Shown: piece by piece, positions 1-12,469 of the stretch
How positions within the stretch are numbered: the stretch's first letter is position 1
Layout of the letters: each line of letters begins with the position of its first letter
Origin: Monocercomonoides exilis PA203
Lineage: Eukaryota; Protista; Preaxostyla
NCBI GenBank assembly: GCA_001643675.2
Contig: LSRY02000020.1
Coordinates: 1,364,001 to 1,428,000 of the forward strand
DNA: 64,000 nt
Direction of reading: 5' to 3'
Notes under the pieces: generated by a model
The model's database searches: none
What the model was told of the DNA's origin: nothing
The model's input: the letters and a program-made list of their open reading frames with translations, nothing else
Position numbers and translations under genes: made by a program

Positions 1-421
1 GAGAAAGAGAAAGAGAAAGAAAAAGAGAAAGAAAAAGAAAAAGAAAAAGAAAAAGAAAAAGAAAAAGAGAAAACAGTTCATGAGGGATTGAATAAATGTG
101 AAATTGAATGGTTGAAAGAATTGTGAAATATTGATTGAATTGATAAAATGAATAATTGAGTGAGTGAGTGAGTGAGTGAGTGAATGAATGAATGAATGAA
201 CTTTGAAAGTGAAAGAGTGAGAGAGGATGAGAATGTGGGAAAGAAGGAATGAGGGAAAGAAAGGAGAAAAAGTGAAGTGGTAATTAAAAGAAAGTGGGAG
301 GGTGTGAATGTGAATGTGTGAAAGAAAGGAGAAGAAAGTTATAGTTGAAGAGAAAGAGAAAGAGAAAGAAATTGAAAAAGAGGGAGAAAGAAAAAGAAAG
401 AAATAAAGAAATAAAGAAATA

Positions 422-469
<48 letters not shown>

Positions 470-501
470 AAAGAAGGATAGATGGGGAAGATGGGGAAGA
501 T

Positions 502-508
502 TATAAAA
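502..508 (+). promoter_or_regulatory. TATA-like element TATAAAA at -31..-25 of the 5S gene (representative; present in all 34 intact units)
   Basis: TATAAAA lies at a fixed distance from the 5S 5' end in both spacer classes (e.g. 45583-45589 on -). Upstream TATA elements near -30 are known for 5S genes of several eukaryotes. Confidence 0.7.
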
Positions 509-532
509 GGGATGGTTGAGGAAGTGTGTGTG

Positions 533-650
533 AGCTACGGCCATAGTTGGTCATACGCACCGGATCCCTTCAGACCTCCGAAGTTAAGCGGCCAACGCTG
601 GGTTAGTACTTGGATGGGTGACCGCCTGGAAAAACCCAGTGCTGTAGCTT
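533..650 (+). rRNA. 5S rRNA: 5S rRNA (left array copy 1)
   Basis: 118 nt, AGCTACGGCC...GCTGTAGCTT. Helix I AGCUACGGC/GCUGUAGCU, helix II GUUGGUC/GGCCAAC, helix V CUGGGUU/AACCCAG. Box A-like AGTTAAGC at +50, box C-like TACTTGGATGGGTGACC, then an oligo-T run. Ends are +/-1-2 nt. Confidence 0.97.
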
Positions 651-658
651 TTCTTTTT
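649..658 (+). terminator. RNA polymerase III oligo-T terminator TTTTCTTTTT (representative; follows every intact 5S gene)
   Basis: T4/T5 runs directly after the 3' strand of helix I. Confidence 0.8.
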
Positions 659-1746
659 CATCTTTTTCATCTTATTCATTATTTTTTCTCTTTTTCTTTT
701 TTTCTTATCTTTATTTTTATTTTTATTTTTATTTTTATTTTTATTTTTATTTTTATTTCTATTTTTATTTCTATTTTTAATTTTTCTTTTTTTTATCTTT
801 TTCTTTATCTCATTTTCTTTTTCTTTTTTTCTTTCTTTCCTTTTTCTCTTTTTTCTCTTTTTCTATTTCTCATTCATAGAACCTCTTCTCTTTTCTTTTC
901 ACACCTTCTCTTCTTTTCTCTTCACTTATTCATTCCTCTCCTCTTTTTCAATTCTCCTTTTCACTTTTTCCTCTTTCCCTTCACTTTCTATCCTGCCTTC
1001 GTTATTAATTATTATTTTTCTTTAACTATCATTCCCCACATTCCCTTCTATTACCCATCTCAAATCAATTTCTTAATTGGAAATATACAAGATGAATGAA
1101 AACAAAATGTTAAGAATACAAAATGAGAGAGAAAAAGAAAATCAGGGAGAAAGAGAAAAGAAAGTGCAAATGGATAGATGAATAAAGTGATGAACAAATG
1201 ATCAATTAATTGAATGAATGAATAAAAAAGAAAATAAGAAATCATCCAACGAACATTTGAGATAAAACATAATGAGAAACACAATGATGTGAAGCGATTT
1301 CAAAAGTGAAAGTGAAAGAGAAAGAGAAAGAGAAAGAGAAAGAAAAAAGAGAAAGAAAAAAGAAAAAGAAAAAGAAAAAGAAAAAGAAAAAGAGAAAACA
1401 GTTCATGAGGGATTGAATAAATGTGAAATTGAATGGTTGAAAGAATTGTGAAATATTGATTGAATTGATAAAATGAATAATTGAGTGAGTGAGTGAGTGA
1501 GTGAGTGAATGAATGAATGAATGAACTTTGAAAGTGAAAGAGTGAGAGAGGATGAGAATGTGGGAAAGAAGGAATGAGGGAAAGAAAGGAGAAAAAGTGA
1601 AGTGGTAATTAAAAGAAAGTGGGAGGGTGTGAATGTGAATGTGTGAAAGAAAGGAGAAGAAAGTTATAGTTGAAGAGAAAGAGAAAGAGAAAGAAATTGA
1701 AAAAGAGGGAGAAAGAAAAAGAAAGAAATAAAGAAATAAAGAAATA

Positions 1747-1794
<48 letters not shown>

Positions 1795-1857
1795 AAAGAA
1801 GGATAGATGGGGAAGATGGGGAAGATTATAAAAGGGATGGTTGAGGAAGTGTGTGTG

Positions 1858-1975
1858 AGCTACGGCCATAGTTGGTCATACGCACCGGATCCCTTCAGAC
1901 CTCCGAAGTTAAGCGGCCAACGCTGGGTTAGTACTTGGATGGGTGACCGCCTGGAAAAACCCAGTGCTGTAGCTT
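1858..1975 (+). rRNA. 5S rRNA: 5S rRNA (left copy 2)
   Basis: Same sequence as copy 1. Confidence 0.97.
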
Positions 1976-3049
1976 TTCTTTTTCATCTTTTTCATCTTAT
2001 TCATTATTTTTTCTCTTTTTTCTTTTTTCTTATCTTTATTTTTATTTTTATTTTTATTTTTATTTTTATTTCTATTTTTATTTCTATTTTTAATTTTCTT
2101 TTTTTTATCTTTTTCTTTATCTCATTTTCTTTTCTTTTTTTCTTTCTTTCCTTTTTCTCTTTTTCTCTTTTTCTATTTCTCATTCATAGAACCTCTTCTC
2201 TTTTCTTTTCACACCTTCTCTTCTTTTCTCTTCACTTATTCATTCCTCTCCTCTTTTTCAATTCTCCTTTTCACTTTTTCCTCTTTCCCTTCACTTTCTA
2301 TCCTGCCTTCATTATTAATTATTATTTTTCTTTAACTATCATTCCCCACATTCCCTTCTATTACCCATCTCAAATCAATTTCTTAATTGGAAATATACAA
2401 GATGAATGAAAACAAAATGTTAAGAATACAAAATGAGAGAGAAAAAGAAAATCAGGGAGAAAGAGAAAAGAAAGTGCAAATGGATAGATGAATAAAGTGA
2501 TGAACAAATGATCAATTAATTGAATGAATGAATAAAAAAAGAAAATAAGAAATCATCCAACGAACATTTGAGATAAAACATAATGAGAAACACAATGATG
2601 TGAAGCGATTTCAAAAGTGAAAGAGAAAGAGAAAGAGAAAGAGAAAGAAAAAGAGAAAGAAAAAGAAAAAGAAAAAGAAAAAGAAAAAGAAAAAGAGAAA
2701 ACAGTTCATGAGGGATTGAATAAATGTGAAATTGAATGGTTGAAAGAATTGTGAAATATTGATTGAATTGATAAAATGAATAATTGAGTGAGTGAGTGAG
2801 TGAGTGAGTGAATGAATGAATGAATGAACTTTGAAAGTGAAAGAGTGAGAGAGGATGAGAATGTGGGAAAGAAGGAATGAGGGAAAGAAAGGAGAAAAAG
2901 TGAAGTGGTAATTAAAAGAAAGTGGGAGGGTGTGAATGTGAATGTGTGAAAGAAAGGAGAAGAAAGTTATAGTTGAAGAGAAAGAGAAAGAGAAAGAAAT
3001 TGAAAAAGAGGGAGAAAGAAAAAGAAAGAAATAAAGAAATAAAGAAATA

Positions 3050-3097
<48 letters not shown>

Positions 3098-3160
3098 AAA
3101 GAAGGATAGATGGGGAAGATGGGGAAGATTATAAAAGGGATGGTTGAGGAAGTGTGTGTG

Positions 3161-3278
3161 AGCTACGGCCATAGTTGGTCATACGCACCGGATCCCTTCA
3201 GACCTCCGAAGTTAAGCGGCCAACGCTGGGTTAGTACTTGGATGGGTGACCGCCTGGAAAAACCCAGTGCTGTAGCTT
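3161..3278 (+). rRNA. 5S rRNA: 5S rRNA (left copy 3)
   Basis: Same sequence as copy 1. Confidence 0.97.
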
Positions 3279-4358
3279 TTCTTTTTCATCTTTTTCATCT
3301 TATTCATTATTTTTTCTCTTTTTTCTTTTTTCTTATCTTTATTTTTATTTTTATTTTTATTTTTATTTTTATTTCTATTTTTATTTCTATTTTTAATTTT
3401 CTTTTTTTTATCTTTTTCTTTATCTCATTTTCTTTTCTTTTTTTCTTTCTTTCCTTTTTTCTCTTTTTCTCTTTTTCTATTTCTCATTCATAGAACCTCT
3501 TCTCTTTTCTTTTCACACCTTCTCTTCTTTTCTCTTCACTTATTCATTCCTCTCCTCTTTTTCAATTCTCCTTTTCACTTTTTCCTCTTTCCCTTCACTT
3601 TCTATCCTGCCTTCATTATTAATTATTATTTTTCTTTAACTATCATTCCCCACATTCCCTTCTATTACCCATCTCAAATCAATTTCTTAATTGGAAATAT
3701 ACAAGATGAATGAAAACAAAATGTTAAGAATACAAAATGAGAGAGAAAAAGAAAATCAGGGAGAAAGAGAAAAGAAAGTGCAAATGGATAGATGAATAAA
3801 GTGATGAACAAATGATCAATTAATTGAATGAATGAATAAAAAAAGAAAATAAGAAATCATCCAACGAACATTTGAGATAAAACATAATGAGAAACACAAT
3901 GATGTGAAGCGATTTCAAAAGTGAAAGTGAAAGAGAAAGAGAAAGAGAAAGAGAAAGAAAAAGAGAAAGAAAAAGAAAAAGAAAAAGAAAAAGAAAAAGA
4001 AAAAGAGAAAACAGTTCATGAGGGATTGAATAAATGTGAAATTGAATGGTTGAAAGAATTGTGAAATATTGATTGAATTGATAAAATGAATAATTGAGTG
4101 AGTGAGTGAGTGAGTGAGTGAATGAATGAATGAATGAACTTTGAAAGTGAAAGAGTGAGAGAGGATGAGAATGTGGGAAAGAAGGAATGAGGGAAAGAAA
4201 GGAGAAAAAGTGAAGTGGTAATTAAAAGAAAGTGGGAGGGTGTGAATGTGAATGTGTGAAAGAAAGGAGAAGAAAGTTATAGTTGAAGAGAAAGAGAAAG
4301 AGAAAGAAATTGAAAAGAGGGAGAAAGAAAAAGAAAGAAATAAAGAAATAAAGAAATA

Positions 4359-4406
<48 letters not shown>

Positions 4407-4469
4407 AAAGAAGGATAGATGGGGAAGATGGGGAAGATTATAAAAGGGATGGTTGAGGAAGTGTGTGTG

Positions 4470-4587
4470 AGCTACGGCCATAGTTGGTCATACGCACCGG
4501 ATCCCTTCAGACCTCCGAAGTTAAGCGGCCAACGCTGGGTTAGTACTTGGATGGGTGACCGCCTGGAAAAACCCAGTGCTGTAGCTT
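4470..4587 (+). rRNA. 5S rRNA: 5S rRNA (left copy 4)
   Basis: Same sequence as copy 1. Confidence 0.97.
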
Positions 4588-5677
4588 TTCTTTTTCATCT
4601 TTTTCATCTTATTCATTATTTTTTCTCTTTTTTTCTTTTTTCTTATCTTTATTTTTATTTTTATTTTTATTTTTATTTTTATTTTTATTTTTATTTCTAT
4701 TTTTATTTCTATTTTTAATTTTCTTTTTTTATCTTTTTCTTTATCTCATTTTCTTTTTCTTTTTTTTCTTTCTTTCCTTTTTCTCTTTTTCTCTTTTTCT
4801 ATTTCTCATTCATAGAACCTCTTCTCTTTTCTTTTCACACCTTCTCTTCTTTTCTCTTCACTTATTCATTCCTCTCCTCTTTTCAATTCTCCTTTTCACT
4901 TTTTCCTCTTTCCCTTCACTTTCTATCCTGCCTTCATTATTAATTATTATTTTTCTTTAACTATCATTCCCCACATTCCCTTCTATTACCCATCTCAAAT
5001 CAATTTCTTAATTGGAAATATACAAGATGAATGAAAACAAAATGTTAAGAATACAAAATGAGAGAGAAAAAGAAAATCAGGGAGAAAGAGAAAAGAAAGT
5101 GCAAATGGATAGATGAATAAAGTGATGAACAAATGATCAATTAATTGAATGAATGAATAAAAAAGAAAATAAGAAATCATCCAACGAACATTTGAGATAA
5201 AACATAATGAGAAACACAATGATGTGAAGCGATTTCAAAAGTGAAAGTGAAAGAGAAAGAGAAAGAGAAAGAGAAAGAAAAAGAAAGAAAAAGAAAAAGA
5301 AAAAGAAAAAGAAAAAGAAAAAAGAGAAAACAGTTCATGAGGGATTGAATAAATGTGAAATTGAATGGTTGAAAGAATTGTGAAATATTGATTGAATTGA
5401 TAAAATGAATAATTGAGTGAGTGAGTGAGTGAGTGAGTGAATGAATGAATGAATGAACTTTGAAAGTGAAAGAGTGAGAGAGGATGAGAATGTGGGAAAG
5501 AAGGAATGAGGGAAAGAAAGGAGAAAAAGTGAAGTGGTAATTAAAAGAAAGTGGGAGGGTGTGAATGTGAATGTGTGAAAGAAAGGAGAAGAAAGTTATA
5601 GTTGAAGAGAAAGAGAAAGAGAAAGAAATTGAAAAGAGGGAGAAAGAAAAAGAAAGAAATAAAGAAATAAAGAAATA

Positions 5678-5725
<48 letters not shown>

Positions 5726-5788
5726 AAAGAAGGATAGATGGGGAAGATGGGGAAGATTATAAAAGGGATGGTTGAGGAAGTGTGTGTG

Positions 5789-5906
5789 AGCTACGGCCAT
5801 AGTTGGTCATACGCACCGGATCCCTTCAGACCTCCGAAGTTAAGCGGCCAACGCTGGGTTAGTACTTGGATGGGTGACCGCCTGGAAAAACCCAGTGCTG
5901 TAGCTT
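5789..5906 (+). rRNA. 5S rRNA: 5S rRNA (left copy 5)
   Basis: Same sequence as copy 1. Confidence 0.97.
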
Positions 5907-6998
5907 TTCTTTTCATCTTTTTCATCTTATTCATTATTTTTTCTCTTTTTTCTTTTTTCTTATCTTTATTTTTTTTTATTTTTTTTTATTTTTATTTTTA
6001 TTTTTATTTTTATTTCTATTTTTATTTCTATTTTTAATTTTCTTTTTTTTATCTTTTTCTTTATCTCATTTTCTTTTCTTTTTTCTTTCTTTCCTTTTTC
6101 TCTTTTTTCTCTTTTTCTATTTCTCATTCATAGAACCTCTTCTCTTTTCTTTTCACACCTTCTCTTCTTTTCTCTTCACTTATTCATTCCTCTCCTCTTT
6201 TTCAATTCTCCTTTTCACTTTTTCCTCTTTCCCTTCACTTTCTATCCTGCCTTCATTATTAATTATTATTTTTCTTTAACTATCATTCCCCACATTCCCT
6301 TCTATTACCCATCTCAAATCAATTTCTTAATTGGAAATATACAAGATGAATGAAAACAAAATGTTAAGAATACAAAATGAGAGAGAAAAAGAAAATCAGG
6401 GAGAAAGAGAAAAGAAAGTGCAAATGGATAGATGAATAAAGTGATGAACAAATGATCAATTAATTGAATGAATGAATAAAAAAAGAAAATAAGAAATCAT
6501 CCAACGAACATTTGAGATAAAACATAATGAGAAACACAATGATGTGAAGCGATTTCAAAAGTGAAAGTGAAAGAGAAAGAGAAAGAGAAAGAGAAAGAAA
6601 AAGAGAAAGAAAAAGAAAAAGAAAAAGAAAAAGAAAAAGAAAAAGAGAAAACAGTTCATGAGGGATTGAATAAATGTGAAATTGAATGGTTGAAAGAATT
6701 GTGAAATATTGATTGAATTGATAAAATGAATAATTGAGTGAGTGAGTGAGTGAGTGAGTGAATGAATGAATGAATGAACTTTGAAAGTGAAAGAGTGAGA
6801 GAGGATGAGAATGTGGGAAAGAAGGAATGAGGGAAAGAAAGGAGAAAAAGTGAAGTGGTAATTAAAAGAAAGTGGGAGGGTGTGAATGTGAATGTGTGAA
6901 AGAAAGGAGAAGAAAGTTATAGTTGAAGAGAAAGAGAAAGAGAAAGAAATTGAAAAGAGGGAGAAAGAAAAAGAAAGAAATAAAGAAATAAAGAAATA

Positions 6999-7046
<48 letters not shown>

Positions 7047-7109
7047 AAAGAAGGATAGATGGGGAAGATGGGGAAGATTATAAAAGGGATGGTTGAGGAA
7101 GTGTGTGTG

Positions 7110-7227
7110 AGCTACGGCCATAGTTGGTCATACGCACCGGATCCCTTCAGACCTCCGAAGTTAAGCGGCCAACGCTGGGTTAGTACTTGGATGGGTGACC
7201 GCCTGGAAAAACCCAGTGCTGTAGCTT
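7110..7227 (+). rRNA. 5S rRNA: 5S rRNA (left copy 6)
   Basis: Same sequence as copy 1. Confidence 0.97.
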
Positions 7228-8303
7228 TTCTTTTTCATCTTTTTCATCTTATTCATTATTTTTTCTCTTTTTTCTTTTTTCTTATCTTTATTTTTATTTT
7301 TATTTTTATTTTTATTTTTATTTCTATTTTTATTTCTATTTTTAATTTTCTTTTTTTTATCTTTTTCTTTATCTCATTTTCTTTTCTTTTTTTCTTTCTT
7401 TCCTTTTTCTCTTTTTCTCTTTTTCTATTTCTCATTCATAGAACCTCTTCTCTTTTCTTTTCACACCTTCTCTTCTTTTCTCTTCACTTATTCATTCCTC
7501 TCCTCTTTTTCAATTCTCCTTTTCACTTTTTCCTCTTTCCCTTCACTTTCTATCCTGCCTTCATTATTAATTATTATTTTTCTTTAACTATCATTCCCCA
7601 CATTCCCTTCTATTACCCATCTCAAATCAATTTCTTAATTGGAAATATACAAGATGAATGAAAACAAAATGTTAAGAATACAAAATGAGAGAGAAAAAAG
7701 AAAATCAGGGAGAAAGAGAAAAGAAAGTGCAAATGGATAGATGAATAAAGTGATGAACAAATGATCAATTAATTGAATGAATGAATAAAAAAGAAAATAA
7801 GAAATCATCCAACGAACATTTGAGATAAAACATAATGAGAAACACAATGATGTGAAGCGATTTCAAAAGTGAAAGTGAAAGAGAAAGAGAAAGAGAAAGA
7901 GAAAAAGAAAAAGAAAAAAGAAAAAGAAAAAGAAAAAGAAAAAGAAAAAGAGAAAACAGTTCATGAGGGATTGAATAAATGTGAAATTGAATGGTTGAAA
8001 GAATTGTGAAATATTGATTGAATTGATAAAATGAATAATTGAGTGAGTGAGTGAGTGAGTGAGTGAATGAATGAATGAATGAACTTTGAAAGTGAAAGAG
8101 TGAGAGAGGATGAGAATGTGGGAAAGAAGGAATGAGGGAAAGAAAGGAGAAAAAGTGAAGTGGTAATTAAAAGAAAGTGGGAGGGTGTGAATGTGAATGT
8201 GTGAAAGAAAGGAGAAGAAAGTTATAGTTGAAGAGAAAGAGAAAGAGAAAGAAATTGAAAAGAGGGAGAAAGAAAAAGAAAGAAATAAAGAAATAAAGAA
8301 ATA

Positions 8304-8351
<48 letters not shown>

Positions 8352-8414
8352 AAAGAAGGATAGATGGGGAAGATGGGGAAGATTATAAAAGGGATGGTTG
8401 AGGAAGTGTGTGTG

Positions 8415-8532
8415 AGCTACGGCCATAGTTGGTCATACGCACCGGATCCCTTCAGACCTCCGAAGTTAAGCGGCCAACGCTGGGTTAGTACTTGGATGGG
8501 TGACCGCCTGGAAAAACCCAGTGCTGTAGCTT
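8415..8532 (+). rRNA. 5S rRNA: 5S rRNA (left copy 7)
   Basis: Same sequence as copy 1. Confidence 0.97.
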
Positions 8533-9618
8533 TTCTTTTCATCTTTTTCATCTTATTCATTATTTTTTCTCTTTTTTTCTTTTTTCTTATCTTTATTTTT
8601 ATTTTTATTTTTATTTTTATTTTTATTTTTATTTCTATTTTTATTTCTATTTTTAATTTTCTTTTTTTTATCTTTTTCTTTATCTCATTTTCTTTTCTTT
8701 TTTTCTTTCTTTCCTTTTTCTCTTTTTCTCTTTTTCTATTTCTCATTCATAGAACCTCTTCTCTTTTCTTTTCACACCTTCTCTTCTTTTCTCTTCACTT
8801 ATTCATTCCTCTCCTCTTTTTCAATTCTCCTTTTCACTTTTTCCTCTTTCCCTTCACTTTCTATCCTGCCTTCATTATTAATTATTATTTTTCTTTAACT
8901 ATCATTCCCCACATTCCCTTCTATTACCCATCTCAAATCAATTTCTTAATTGGAAATATACAAGATGAATGAAAACAAAATGTTAAGAATACAAAATGAG
9001 AGAGAAAAAGAAAATCAGGGAGAAAGAGAAAAGAAAGTGCAAATGGATAGATGAATAAAGTGATGAACAAATGATCAATTAATTGAATGAATGAATAAAA
9101 AAAGAAAATAAGAAATCATCCAACGAACATTTGAGATAAAACATAATGAGAAACACAATGATGTGAAGCGATTTCAAAAGTGAAAGTGAAAGAGAAAGAG
9201 AAAGAGAAAGAGAAAGAAAAAGAGAAAGAAAAAGAAAAAGAAAAAGAAAAAGAAAAAGAAAAAGAGAAAACAGTTCATGAGGGATTGAATAAATGTGAAA
9301 TTGAATGGTTGAAAGAATTGTGAAATATTGATTGAATTGATAAAATGAATAATTGAGTGAGTGAGTGAGTGAGTGAGTGAATGAATGAATGAATGAACTT
9401 TGAAAGTGAAAGAGTGAGAGAGGATGAGAATGTGGGAAAGAAGGAATGAGGGAAAGAAAGGAGAAAAAGTGAAGTGGTAATTAAAAGAAAGTGGGAGGGT
9501 GTGAATGTGAATGTGTGAAAGAAAGGAGAAGAAAGTTATAGTTGAAGAGAAAGAGAAAGAGAAAGAAATTGAAAAAGAGGGAGAAAGAAAAAGAAAGAAA
9601 TAAAGAAATAAAGAAATA

Positions 9619-9666
<48 letters not shown>

Positions 9667-9729
9667 AAAGAAGGATAGATGGGGAAGATGGGGAAGATTA
9701 TAAAAGGGATGGTTGAGGAAGTGTGTGTG

Positions 9730-9847
9730 AGCTACGGCCATAGTTGGTCATACGCACCGGATCCCTTCAGACCTCCGAAGTTAAGCGGCCAACGCTGGGT
9801 TAGTACTTGGATGGGTGACCGCCTGGAAAAACCCAGTGCTGTAGCTT
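9730..9847 (+). rRNA. 5S rRNA: 5S rRNA (left copy 8)
   Basis: Same sequence as copy 1. Confidence 0.97.
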
Positions 9848-11038
9848 TTCTTTTTCATCTTTTTCATCTTATTCATTATTTTTTCTCTTTTTTCTTTTTT
9901 CTTATCTTTATTTTTATTTTTATTTTTATTTTTATTTTTATTTCTATTTTTATTTCTATTTTTAATTTTCTTTTTTTTATCTTTTTCTTTATCTCATTTT
10001 CTTTTCTTTTTTTCTTTCTTTCCTTTTTCTCTTTTTCTCTTTTTCTATTTCTCATTCATAGAACCTCTTCTCTTTTCTTTTCACACCTTCTCTTCTTTTC
10101 TCTTCACTTATTCATTCCTCTCCTCTTTTCAATTCTCCTTTTCACTTTTTCCTCTTTCCCTTCACTTTCTATCCTGCCTTCATTATTAATTATTATTTTT
10201 CTTTAACTATCATTCCCCACATTCCCTTCTATTACCCATCTCAAATCAATTTCTTAATTGGAAATATACAAGATGAATGAAAACAAAATGTTAAGAATAC
10301 AAAATGAGAGAGAAAAAGAAAATCAGGGAGAAAGAGAAAAGAAAGTGCAAATGGATAGATGAATAAAGTGATGAACAAATGATCAATTAATTGAATGAAT
10401 GAATAAAAAAAGAAAATAAGAAATCATCCAACGAACATTTGAGATAAAACATAATGAGAAACACAATGATGTGAAGCGATTTCAAAAGTGAAAGTGAAAG
10501 AGAAAGAGAAAGAGAAAGAGAAAGAAAAAGAAAAGAAAAAAGAAAAAAGAAAAAGAAAAAGAAAAAGAAAAAGAGAAAACAGTTCATGAGGGATTGAATA
10601 AATGTGAAATTGAATGGTTGAAAGAATTGTGAAATATTGATTGAATTGATAAAATGAATAATTGAGTGAGTGAGTGAGTGAGTGAGTGAATGAATGAATG
10701 AATGAACTTTGAAAGTGAAAGAGTGAGAGAGGATGAGAATGTGGGAAAGAAGGAATGAGGGAAAGAAAGGAGAAAAAGTGAAGTGGTAATTAAAAGAAAG
10801 TGGGAGGGTGTGAATGTGAATGTGTGAAAGAAAGGAGAAGAAAGTTATAGTTGAAGAGAAAGAGAAAGAGAAAGAAATTGAAAAAGAGGGAGAAAGAAAA
10901 AAGAAAGAAATAAAGAAATAAAGAAATAAAGAAAGAAAGAAAGAAAGAAAAGAAAGAAAAGAAAGAAAAGAAAGAAAAGAAGGATAGATGGGGAAGATGG
11001 GGAAGATTATAAAAGGGATGGTTGAGGAAGTGTGTGTG

Positions 11039-11156
11039 AGCTACGGCCATAGTTGGTCATACGCACCGGATCCCTTCAGACCTCCGAAGTTAAGCGGCCA
11101 ACGCTGGGTTAGTACTTGGATGGGTGACCGCCTGGAAAAACCCAGTGCTGTAGCTT
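11039..11156 (+). rRNA. 5S rRNA: 5S rRNA (left copy 9)
   Basis: Same sequence as copy 1. Confidence 0.97.
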
Positions 11157-12241
11157 TTCTTTTCATCTTTTCATCTTATTCATTATTTTTTCTCTTTTTT
11201 CTTTTTTCTTATCTTTATTTTATTTTTATTTTTATTTTTATTTTTATTTTTATTTTTATTTCTATTTTTATTTCTATTTTTAATTTTCTTTTTTTTATCT
11301 TTTTCTTTATCTCATTTTCTTTTCTTTTTTCTTTCTTTCCTTTTTCTCTTTTTCTCTTTTTCTATTTCTCATTCATAGAACCTCTTCTCTTTTCTTTTCA
11401 CACCTTCTCTTCTTTTCTCTTCACTTATTCATTCCTCTCCTCTTTTTCAATTCTCCTTTTCACTTTTTCCTCTTTCCCTTCACTTTCTATCCTGCCTTCA
11501 TTATTAATTATTATTTTTCTTTAACTATCATTCCCCACATTCCCTTCTATTACCCATCTCAAATCAATTTCTTAATTGGAAATATACAAGATGAATGAAA
11601 ACAAAATGTTAAGAATACAAAATGAGAGAGAAAAAGAAAATCAGGGAGAAAGAGAAAAGAAAGTGCAAATGGATAGATGAATAAAGTGATGAACAAATGA
11701 TCAATTAATTGAATGAATGAATAAAAAAAGAAAATAAGAAATCATCCAACGAACATTTGAGATAAAACATAATGAGAAACACAATGATGTGAAGCGATTT
11801 CAAAAGTGAAAGTGAAAGAGAAAGAGAAAGAGAAAGAGAAAGAAAAAGAAAAGAAAAAGAAAAAGAAAAAGAAAAAGAAAAGAAAAAGAGAAAACAGTTC
11901 ATGAGGGATTGAATAAATGTGAAATTGAATGGTTGAAAGAATTGTGAAATATTGATTGAATTGATAAAATGAATAATTGAGTGAGTGAGTGAGTGAGTGA
12001 GTGAATGAATGAATGAATGAACTTTGAAAGTGAAAGAGTGAGAGAGGATGAGAATGTGGGAAAGAAGGAATGAGGGAAAGAAAGGAGAAAAAGTGAAGTG
12101 GTAATTAAAAGAAAGTGGGAGGGTGTGAATGTGAATGTGTGAAAGAAAGGAGAAGAAAGTTATAGTTGAAGAGAAAGAGAAAGAGAAAGAAATTGAAAAG
12201 AGGGAGAAAGAAAAAGAAAGAAATAAAGAAATAAAGAAATA

Positions 12242-12289
<48 letters not shown>

Positions 12290-12352
12290 AAAGAAGGATA
12301 GATGGGGAAGATGGGGAAGATTATAAAAGGGATGGTTGAGGAAGTGTGTGTG

Positions 12353-12469
12353 AGCTACGGCCATAGTTGGTCATACGCACCGGATCCCTCAGACCTCCGA
12401 AGTTAAGCGGCCAACGCTGGGTTAGTACTTGGATGGGTGACCGCCTGGAAAAACCCAGTGCTGTAGCTT
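12353..12469 (+). rRNA. 5S rRNA: 5S rRNA (left copy 10), 1-nt deletion variant
   Basis: GATCCCTCAG instead of GATCCCTTCAG near 12389; otherwise identical. Confidence 0.92.

Noticed and set aside
1187-1300. Box C/D snoRNA in the spacer (GTGATGA near 1187, ATGATGT near 1284)
   Set aside because: No downstream CTGA box D is present, and the GTGATGA segment is absent from class-B spacers.
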